The translations under genes were made by a program, and so were the position numbers. The notes under the pieces were generated by a model that saw only the letters and a program-made list of their open reading frames with translations, was not told the DNA's origin and did no database searches. From an uncultured Rhodobacterales bacterium (GTDB taxonomy: Bacteria > Pseudomonadota > Alphaproteobacteria > Rhodobacterales > Rhodobacteraceae), in contig CAZXRG010000001.1 of assembly GCA_964642935.1 (NCBI GenBank), forward strand, positions 1 to 60,444: a DNA stretch of 60,444 nucleotides, given 5' to 3'. Shown piece by piece: positions 9,315 to 17,060 of the stretch (positions are counted from its first letter, which is position 1; each line of letters begins with the position of its first letter).

Positions 9315-11726
9315 TTAGCCGCCTAATTCGGATAGTTTTTTGCGGGCTTCTGCCAACTGAGGGTACTGATCTCCATTGCTGGTCCCCAGTTCGATCGCGC
9401 GGGTCAGATGGGTTTTGGCATCTGCAACACGCTCAAGTGCGGCAAGGGTCATGCCCAGATGGTACTGGATCAGAGGATGCTCCCCAAGTCCGCCCTCTGC
9501 TGCTTTGGTGAAATAGACAATCGCACGCTCATACTCGCCGCGTTTATAGAGCAGCCAGCCATAAGTATCCTGAAACGCGGGTATTTCAGAGGTGCGCAGG
9601 CGTTTGGCAATGGCAAAGGCCTTTTCCTGACTTTCAGGATCGCTGCGGTGTTCTGATAAGAGCGATGCAAAGTTGTTGGCGATCACTTCGGAGGTGTTGT
9701 TGGCTTCATAAAGCGTATCATAGAGCTCTAACGCGCCATCAATGTCGCCTTGGACTTCCAGATAGGACGCGCGATCAAACATCAAACGACCGGGGTTGCG
9801 GGCGGTTTCAACGCCAGTTTTGACCACCGCGGCCGCTTCATCCGGGCGCACATCCTGACGCAAAACCGCGGCCAGGCCAAGATAGGGTGCCGCTTGTTCC
9901 GGGTAGAGTCCCATCATGCGTCTGAAAGCGGTCTCAGCTTGTTCAAGATTGCCTCGCTGCGCCTCGAATTGGCCCAGGGTCAGATTGGCGCGCAGATCAT
10001 CGGGCTCCTGAGCCAGCACGTCATCAATGGCAGCGCGCGCCGCGTCTGGATTGTCAGCACGCAAATGGGTTTGCACAAGCGCTGGCAGACCTGTGGACAG
10101 GCTGCTGGCGCCATCGCGCATTTCTTCGATCAGAGCGATTGTGCCTGCGAAGTCTTCTTGACCGCCGCGCACACTGGCCTCGATCGCGTTGGCCATGTTT
10201 TTGGAGTGCTCTGTGCCGATGGCGTCAAGCTGGCCCGCCAGTTGACGTGCTCCTGTCCAATCCTCAAGGCGCAGCCGCAACCGGGCGAGCTGCATCAACA
10301 GTTGTTCATTTCTGGGATTGCTGGTCAGAGACTCTGTCAGGACAGTTGCGGCAACATCAGGCTTGTTGCCGCGCAGCAGGAACTGAGCGTAGCGCATGGA
10401 AATCTCAGGTGCGGATTTAGAAACCTGCACCGCAAGGGCGAGGCGTTCTTGAGCCAGACCGCGTGAGCCATTGCGCTCATGGGCTGTGGCGAGCAAAGCT
10501 AGAATGTTGGAGTCTTGTGGGCTCGCCCCCAGTGCTGCACGAAGATCCTGAATCGCGTCTTGCGGGCGGTCCTCGTCAATGGCGTAGGACGCGCGCAATT
10601 TCAGGGCGTCAACATTTTCGGCATCCCCGGTGATGACGGATTCGATCAGTTCCTTGGCTTCGTCATCGCGCCCCTCAACCCGCAACAGATTTGCCAGCGT
10701 GGTTTGGGTCATGCGCTTTTCAGCTTCGTCCTCAATGCTGCCAAGGGCGCCTTCCAGATTTTCGATCGCCAGTTTGGTTTGGCCATTCTGGAAATCAAAG
10801 CTTGCCAGCGCGCGCGCAAAGGCAGGGCGGTGAAGGTCGCCTTTTGCCAAACGCTCCATCTCAACGCGGGCGACATCAATGCCTTTGCTCTGGCGCAAGA
10901 AGCGCACCACATTGAGCGCAGCCTCGTGATCCTCGGGGAAGCGGGCGTAGATATCACGCAAGGCGGCTTCGGCCCCGGCTTCGTCCTTTTGGGACATATG
11001 CCATTGCACCATCGACTGTGCGATATTGCGATTGGTGGGGAATATCTCCGTCATAGATTGCAGATGCGTCCCAACAGCCTGTGTATCGCCCATCTGCTCA
11101 AGGGTTGCCAGTTTCAGATAGTTGATGCCCTGATCGTTCGGGTTCTGCTTCAAGGCTTCATCGGTCAGGCTTAGTGCCTCACTGAAATTCTTTGTATTGA
11201 TTTCATGGCCAATCAGCACCACGGCCGCAGGGCCGTTTGAAGGCTCATCCACAAGCACTTGCTGCGCGATCTCCAACGCCTTTTCCTTATTGCCCTGACG
11301 GTATTCGATGGTCGCACTCAATGCGCGGGCTTCTGTGTTCTCAGGAGCAAATCCAAGAGCTGCAGTAATATGACGGTTTGCATCGTCCCATTGCTGGGCA
11401 AAGACAAAAATCCGCGCTAGATTTACCCGTGTCTCCAGATGCTCGGGTTTCAGTTCTGCAACCCGCAAGAAGTTCCCCAGAGCCCCTTTGAAATCCTGCT
11501 GGTCCAAAAGCAGTTTTGCCATCTCAAAGCGTGGTTCTGCATAATCCTGACTGAGTTTCAGTGAATTGCGGAACTCAAGCATGGCCTTTGTGGTATCCCC
11601 TGAGGCAACCAGCTCCAGCCCTTTTTCATAATGAGCAGCACTTCGTTCATCGGCTGTATCACACGCGGCAACGGCTAAGCCTAAACAGCATAATGTGACA
11701 AGGGTTCGGGCTTTTTTAAGGTACAT
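9315..11726 (-). CDS. PEP-CTERM-system-type TPR-repeat lipoprotein (PrsT-like)
   Basis: About 800 aa of TPR repeats throughout. The track start is GTG; the ATG at 11726 gives MYLKKARTLVTLCCLGLAVAAC with a lipobox (AVAAC). Size and lipoprotein-plus-TPR layout match PrsT of exosortase-associated EPS loci. Confidence 0.75.
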   Translation of the reverse strand: MYLKKARTLVTLCCLGLAVAACDTADERSAAHYEKGLELVASGDTTKAMLEFRNSLKLSQDYAEPRFEMAKLLLDQQDFKGALGNFLRVAELKPEHLETRVNLARIFVFAQQWDDANRHITAALGFAPENTEARALSATIEYRQGNKEKALEIAQQVLVDEPSNGPAAVVLIGHEINTKNFSEALSLTDEALKQNPNDQGINYLKLATLEQMGDTQAVGTHLQSMTEIFPTNRNIAQSMVQWHMSQKDEAGAEAALRDIYARFPEDHEAALNVVRFLRQSKGIDVARVEMERLAKGDLHRPAFARALASFDFQNGQTKLAIENLEGALGSIEDEAEKRMTQTTLANLLRVEGRDDEAKELIESVITGDAENVDALKLRASYAIDEDRPQDAIQDLRAALGASPQDSNILALLATAHERNGSRGLAQERLALAVQVSKSAPEISMRYAQFLLRGNKPDVAATVLTESLTSNPRNEQLLMQLARLRLRLEDWTGARQLAGQLDAIGTEHSKNMANAIEASVRGGQEDFAGTIALIEEMRDGASSLSTGLPALVQTHLRADNPDAARAAIDDVLAQEPDDLRANLTLGQFEAQRGNLEQAETAFRRMMGLYPEQAAPYLGLAAVLRQDVRPDEAAAVVKTGVETARNPGRLMFDRASYLEVQGDIDGALELYDTLYEANNTSEVIANNFASLLSEHRSDPESQEKAFAIAKRLRTSEIPAFQDTYGWLLYKRGEYERAIVYFTKAAEGGLGEHPLIQYHLGMTLAALERVADAKTHLTRAIELGTSNGDQYPQLAEARKKLSELGG

Positions 11727-11907
11727 CTTTGGGCGTTCCACTATTTGAAAACTGCGTTAGGTGATTTGGACTTCAGGAGGGCGCTGTCAATTACAACGTA
11801 TGAGTGTTGATATAAAGCCAAGGCGGCCTAAAACCAAGTATGTTGCGTAAGTGATGACGTACTTGTTTGATGTGTAACATCTCGTTCTCGGCCTCCTGCT
11901 AGATCTG

Positions 11908-12504
11908 TTACCGACATTGGGGGTGGCGGTAGGTGTTTGCGCGGGATGCTAAATGGGAATGTTTGTGATGGCGTGCTTGCTGGTAAAATTGCACCCTGCG
12001 CTGTCTCCAGGCACAAAACTCCCGTTGGCGCTGAGCCCTTTGGGCCTGGCGCTGAATGCGTTGGATTGTGCGTTCCTGATCCCGCAGCGTGCGAATGCGA
12101 ACACGGTTGGCCTCTCGCTCTGCAATCCGCTGGTCTCTGAGTTCTTGACGGTGACGGGCGGCTTGTTTCCATTTCTGCTGGCGCAGATTTTGCCGTCGCG
12201 AGGCCTCTGAGGATGTGGCGTTTTCATAGAGATATTCATTGCTCAGATAATATTCAGGATTAAGGCGCCGTTTGGCCAGATCCATTAAGTCCAAAACCAT
12301 CCTGATCTCAGCTGTTGTAAAGGGGCGGGCATCAGGCGTGTAGTTTACGCTCCTTGAGGAGAGCTCAGCCTCATTTGCAGCCACGGTGGCAGGGCCACAC
12401 ACAACCAGCACAGCACTCATCAGCACTGCTGTGAAACACAAGCGCAAAAAGCGCGGGCTCTTTTTGAGCTGAGCGCAGTTATATGGAGGAATACCCCAAG
12501 CCAT
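11908..12504 (-). CDS. Hypothetical secreted protein with an extremely basic Arg/Gln-rich C-terminal half
   Basis: 198-aa ORF with an N-terminal hydrophobic signal-like segment (FLRLCFTAVLMSAVLVVCGPATVAANEA). The C-terminal ~100 aa are R/Q/K-rich heptad-like sequence. No convincing SD; two other same-strand ORFs overlap it, so the frame choice is uncertain. Confidence 0.4.
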   Translation of the reverse strand: MAWGIPPYNCAQLKKSPRFLRLCFTAVLMSAVLVVCGPATVAANEAELSSRSVNYTPDARPFTTAEIRMVLDLMDLAKRRLNPEYYLSNEYLYENATSSEASRRQNLRQQKWKQAARHRQELRDQRIAEREANRVRIRTLRDQERTIQRIQRQAQRAQRQREFCAWRQRRVQFYQQARHHKHSHLASRANTYRHPQCR

Positions 12505-12699
12505 GGATGTGGCAATGCTTCAAGATCATGGCTGTAATTTGACTGGAATTGGGTGTTTTCTATCTGGTCCGTTTATTTTTTGGGCAAAGCCGCACCCATT
12601 CAGGTGCTGGCCTTGGCCCGCAAGAGGATATGGCCACACAGGTTTTGCGTGCGGTGACGTAAGATCAGTCTTGTGACACAGCGCGCCTTGGGAACTGCT

Positions 12700-12921
12700 T
12701 TAGCTGTCCTGATCTGGTTGATTTTCGACGCTTTTGCGTTTGCGCATCATCCGCTTCACCGGATACCAGACAAAGCCGACGATTGCGAAGATAACCGCGG
12801 CAACCAAGGCAAGAGCTGCACCAATGGCAGATATCCCGGCACCTGGGCCGATATATGCCATAGCCAGGCTGGGCGTCAGGAGTGCTGACAGCAGCGTTGC
12901 TGTCCAAATGTTACGTGTCAT
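12700..12921 (-). CDS. Small membrane protein (signal-like segment + YIGPGAG-TM-basic cluster)
   Basis: 73 aa. ATG at 12921 is preceded by GAAAGG at good spacing, 27 nt downstream of the ASST-like gene. It has two hydrophobic segments, then KRMMRKRK and an acidic tail. Confidence 0.5.
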   Translation of the reverse strand: MTRNIWTATLLSALLTPSLAMAYIGPGAGISAIGAALALVAAVIFAIVGFVWYPVKRMMRKRKSVENQPDQDS

Positions 12922-12948
12922 ATCGTGCCTTTCTGCGCAAAAATATGG

Positions 12949-14352
12949 TTACTCTGTAAAATATAGCATGTCTTTCAATAATGCCTGTACCGCGGTTTTT
13001 TTGTGTTCATCCGCAGCCACAGAGACATCACTGATGTTATGTAGACTATTGTACTTAAGGATCATCTCACCGGTGGCAATATCAACCTCATAGCCACGGG
13101 CTTGTCCTGAGAAGCTGACCAGGGCGCGTTTGCGATCCGCAGAGATGTCAACGCGGCCACCGCGCCATGAGAACGGGTTTTCCTCAAACTCGGGAGTTCC
13201 TTGAATTGGGAAGACCCGGCGCTCAAAGCCAGTGACCAGATCGACTTCCAGAAGTCGGGAGGCCCCGCCAATGGCATCGCCGCCCCAATTGTCAAAGAGC
13301 AGAACTTTTGATCCCTCAAGCTGCTGCACAGAATGTTGCTCCACGAAGGTGCCGCGGATCACATCAACGATCTCTTCGCTGTCAGGGTCAAAGACGATGA
13401 TCGAGCTGATATTGCGCATTGAGATGACGTAAAGTCCCGGGCGCAGATTTCCGCCTGTGGTGGTTTCATCAAGCTGATCGACAAAATTGATATGGAGCGG
13501 GTCACAGTCATGGGTGGTGGAGGTCAGGATGGGGGCCCAGGGTGATTTCAGCAAAGCCCCGGCAAGGTCAAAACTTTTTGTAACCTCTCCATCGCCGTCC
13601 AGAATATGCACGCGATCAACCTGAGGCCGGCCGGTTTCGCAGGTGAGTTTTTCGGTGTTGCCATCAGGGCCAAGGGGGATCACCAGATCGGTTTCGCGGA
13701 TTTCGATGTCAGGCACCAGTGCTGTGCCATCCTCCAGAATGGTTGGCCAGTGATGGCTGTAATCAAAGCGGAACCAGAGCGGATTGCCGTCCCTATCAAG
13801 GCGCGCAGCACCCGCGCCAAAGGGGAACATCACGCCGGTGGACTGGAACACCACCAACAAATCACCATTGGGGTAGCGATCAAGGCCGAAGGGGCGCATC
13901 ACGGCGTTGAGTTCCTGTGGCACCGCTTCGCGGTAAAGATTGGCACCGGTGGTATCGGCATTGAGGATGGCTTCGAGCTTGAAGGGAATGGCGTGCAGTA
14001 CTTCGCCTGCGCGGTTCATCTCAACGGCGATGCAGCCCATCTCAGGGCAGAGATCAAGATATTCGTAAAGCCCGCCGCTGACCAAAATTTTGTCATCATA
14101 GGCCTGCGCCGAAGGGCCCGGCACAAAGCGGTTTGCAGCTGTTTGGTCCAGCGCGATATCTGTCGCCTTGGTGCGGAACTGCCCGTAATAGGCTGGGGCC
14201 CAAAGAGATTTGATCTGATGCTGAAGCGTTTTGGTGCCCGAGGCGATGGTGCGATAAGGCCCGATCTTATACTGGGCGACAAAAATGCCGGCTCCAAAGG
14301 CCATAATGCCCAAAGAGATCAGAAAAAACAAAAATGGCAGGATGCGAGACAT
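12949..14352 (-). CDS. Arylsulfotransferase (ASST)-like beta-propeller protein with N-terminal membrane anchor
   Basis: 467 aa with an N-terminal TM (ILPFLFFLISLGIMAFGAGIFVA). Repeated DG..L-type blades and HSVQQLEGSKVLLFDNWGG resemble the H....L.NG..L.FDN signature I associate with ASST families. Follows the sulfotransferase gene after a 5-nt gap. Confidence 0.55.
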   Translation of the reverse strand: MSRILPFLFFLISLGIMAFGAGIFVAQYKIGPYRTIASGTKTLQHQIKSLWAPAYYGQFRTKATDIALDQTAANRFVPGPSAQAYDDKILVSGGLYEYLDLCPEMGCIAVEMNRAGEVLHAIPFKLEAILNADTTGANLYREAVPQELNAVMRPFGLDRYPNGDLLVVFQSTGVMFPFGAGAARLDRDGNPLWFRFDYSHHWPTILEDGTALVPDIEIRETDLVIPLGPDGNTEKLTCETGRPQVDRVHILDGDGEVTKSFDLAGALLKSPWAPILTSTTHDCDPLHINFVDQLDETTTGGNLRPGLYVISMRNISSIIVFDPDSEEIVDVIRGTFVEQHSVQQLEGSKVLLFDNWGGDAIGGASRLLEVDLVTGFERRVFPIQGTPEFEENPFSWRGGRVDISADRKRALVSFSGQARGYEVDIATGEMILKYNSLHNISDVSVAADEHKKTAVQALLKDMLYFTE

Positions 14353-14357
14353 GAGAA

Positions 14358-15422
14358 TTACTCTCCAGTAAGAGCAGCGAAAAGGGCGGTGGCGCGGTCA
14401 TGAAGATCCGCAGGAAGGGCATGATTGATAGGCTTTTCCTGACGGGGTTTGAACTCAGAAGCAATTGTTGAAATTGCCTCAGCTGGCTCAAGATCAAGGC
14501 GGGCGCACAGCTTTGCCACAGCAGGCTCGCCGCCATTGCAAAGCGCTGCATGGCCGACAAAAATCTGCCCTTGATCCAGATTGCGCAGATGCTCAAAAGC
14601 AGCGACCCAATAGGCAAGCCAATAGGCCAGATCATCCGGGCCCGTTCCTGCGGCAAGCTCTTTGAAGCCGGGAAAGGCGATAGGGCGGTGCAGCGCGCCA
14701 AATTCGAAATGGCCGATATCGGACATATAGCGGCGGATGAAGCTGTCTTGCTCGTGCTGCTTGGTGAAATTCTGATGCTGTCGCAGCAAGGACGCTGCAT
14801 GGGCCACAGGATCGCGCACGGGAATAACGATGCTGCATTCTGGGAAGATTTTGCGCAAAAGCGGGATCCGGGCGACATTGCCGTTATTCTTGGAAATATA
14901 GCGGCCCTCAGATTTTAGCTCGCCGCAGCGCAGGGAAATGATCTTAGCCATATGGTTGTGCAAGAAGGTTTCGGCCTCCGCGTTGCGCGCATTCCCTTGC
15001 CACAACTCAATATGGTCTGCCTTATAGTGATCAGGCCAAAACGCTTTCCAGATAATTTCCTCAAAGGCTTCGGGGCTGTCAAAACCGACCTTGATCCCGT
15101 CGCCATGGGCGCGCTCTGCCATGGTTGTGCTTTTGCGAAACGACTTTGACACTTTGGACCAGAATAGCGGTGCCATCACAAAGGGCATGTCCCGGTAAAG
15201 ATGGGTGGCCAGACTTGGCATATGGGAGAGGGCGGTCAACAAAATGGTGGTCCCGGCGCGGGGCAGGGAAGTCACGAAGATCGGGCGCGATGGATCGGTG
15301 TTTTGCGTGTCTTTGGAAAACATGCTGTCTTCCATATCCGCCATAGACAGTTGCAAGCCGCGGCTGCTGAAGGCGATCTTGTGGACAAGACGATCCAGTG
15401 AGGAATATGCACCTGCTGTCAT
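14358..15422 (-). CDS. PAPS-dependent sulfotransferase family protein
   Basis: 354 aa. FVTSLPRAGTTILLTAL is a 5'-phosphosulfate-binding loop (P.xGTT). ATGA start/stop overlap with the upstream membrane-protein gene. Confidence 0.75.
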   Translation of the reverse strand: MTAGAYSSLDRLVHKIAFSSRGLQLSMADMEDSMFSKDTQNTDPSRPIFVTSLPRAGTTILLTALSHMPSLATHLYRDMPFVMAPLFWSKVSKSFRKSTTMAERAHGDGIKVGFDSPEAFEEIIWKAFWPDHYKADHIELWQGNARNAEAETFLHNHMAKIISLRCGELKSEGRYISKNNGNVARIPLLRKIFPECSIVIPVRDPVAHAASLLRQHQNFTKQHEQDSFIRRYMSDIGHFEFGALHRPIAFPGFKELAAGTGPDDLAYWLAYWVAAFEHLRNLDQGQIFVGHAALCNGGEPAVAKLCARLDLEPAEAISTIASEFKPRQEKPINHALPADLHDRATALFAALTGE

Positions 15423-15796
15423 CTGAAGCGCCGAAACCCAACAACAAGTGCAATCAGCACGGCAGATGTAATCAGGATCACATCCAGTCTGAGCATGAAA
15501 TCCAGAACAGTTTGCGCCGGTGCCAGCCCCGCCATATCCGCCAGGAAAAGTGGGATATAGGCAGCAACAAGCGTGAGAATGCCAAATACCAGAAGACCAA
15601 AGAACTGTTTGAGCAGCATCAGGGAGGCCGCTTGAACCGCCGTCTCCTTGGCTTCATCGTCCAGGGTTTGGTCGCGCATTGTGGCTGTGGTGCTTTGCGC
15701 AACCCCAATCGCCTTTTGCGCTCGTGGCACGATACCAAAAACGCTGAAGGCGATGATGAATGCCAATACGGAAGCTGCTGTAATCAGGATTATCAT
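15419..15796 (-). CDS. Small integral membrane protein, unknown function
   Basis: 125 aa with 3-4 predicted TM segments. Translationally coupled (ATGA) to the sulfotransferase. Confidence 0.55.
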   Translation of the reverse strand: MIILITAASVLAFIIAFSVFGIVPRAQKAIGVAQSTTATMRDQTLDDEAKETAVQAASLMLLKQFFGLLVFGILTLVAAYIPLFLADMAGLAPAQTVLDFMLRLDVILITSAVLIALVVGFRRFR

Positions 15797-15933
15797 AGTC
15801 TTTTACATACTCCGGCGATCTTACAACAAATCAAGCCACCACATGCGAGGGTTGATAGGGCTGCTTCGCTTTAGCGGCTCAGGCCAGTTTAGGTCCAGAA
15901 ATTTCGTGGCTTGGGCGATTATTTTGCAACCTG

Positions 15934-17004
15934 TTACTGTATTGCCTTGTGATTGAAGGCGATGGCCATGGCCGCAGGGGAGAGGCGTTGGCGCACCTCT
16001 TGGGGCGGAGGAAGTTGCAAAATCCCGCGCCAGATCGCCAGACCCAAACGCCAGTTTCCCTTGAGCATCATCTGAGCCCCTTTGAGAAGGGCAAATCCCG
16101 CTGCAAGAGGGATCGCAACAGGGTTGTGCCGGCGCACAAACATCATGCGCGCGCGGTAAAGGAAGTAGGAGGAAAACGAGGAGGCCACCCGGGTTGTTGT
16201 ATGTGAGCCAATAGAGGCTCCCGCCCGGTGATAGACCTCGATCTCCGGGTTGTAGATCCTGGGGAAATCTTTGCCGCGCAGAGCCCAGTCGACTTCTTCG
16301 TAGTACAAAAAGAAGCCTTCATGCATCAGCCCGATCTTTTCGGCATAAGCCCGCGAGACGATCAGGCTGGCCCCGGCAACAAAGTCAAAATCATCCGCTT
16401 TGACGGGCTGCGCCTGACTGATCGTTTTGCCCAGATTTAAGTTTCGAGTGCGCCCGGTCCAAAACTCAATCTGCCCATTGTCGCTTTGAATGAGATCAGG
16501 CTCTTCAAGATAGCGGATCCGTCCCCCCATCAGGCCAAAATCAGGATGTTCGGCCAGGCTTTTGGCCAAGGCAGCGGCAGTCTGTGCAGGCACAACGCTG
16601 TCAGGATTGAGCACCCAGACCGCGCCAACCTCCGGATCGCTCAAAAGCGCGCGAATGCCGCGGTTCACCCCAAAGGCAAACCCGCCATTGCGGCCAGTTT
16701 CAATCAGGGTGAGTGGCGTGGCGCCAGGGACAGGCTCGGTTTGGGCCGGATCATCCTTGAGGTGCTCAAGCGCGATCGGTTTTGGTGCAAAGGGCAGTGC
16801 AAAGGGCAGATCTGTTGAGGTTGGATGACCCAGATTTGCCCAGGTTTGCACGCGCTCAACGGTGTCATCGGTAGACGCATTATCAACCACAGCAACCCGG
16901 ATGTCCTGAGCCGCAAACGCAGTTACCAGACTTTCCAGACAATCAACGATGACATCTGCACAATCATAGGTGACGATCACCACACCAAGTTTGGATACAC
17001 TCAT
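15934..17004 (-). CDS. Family 2 glycosyltransferase (rhamnosyltransferase-like)
   Basis: 356 aa. VVIVTYDCADVIVDCLESL...VVDNASTDDT is a typical GT2 N-terminus, with a later GGFAFGVNRG segment. Confidence 0.85.
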   Translation of the reverse strand: MSVSKLGVVIVTYDCADVIVDCLESLVTAFAAQDIRVAVVDNASTDDTVERVQTWANLGHPTSTDLPFALPFAPKPIALEHLKDDPAQTEPVPGATPLTLIETGRNGGFAFGVNRGIRALLSDPEVGAVWVLNPDSVVPAQTAAALAKSLAEHPDFGLMGGRIRYLEEPDLIQSDNGQIEFWTGRTRNLNLGKTISQAQPVKADDFDFVAGASLIVSRAYAEKIGLMHEGFFLYYEEVDWALRGKDFPRIYNPEIEVYHRAGASIGSHTTTRVASSFSSYFLYRARMMFVRRHNPVAIPLAAGFALLKGAQMMLKGNWRLGLAIWRGILQLPPPQEVRQRLSPAAMAIAFNHKAIQ

Positions 17005-17060
17005 ACCAAGGCACTCTTTTACTGCTGTCTGTGCCCCAAAGAGGCCGATTCAAGTGGGGT

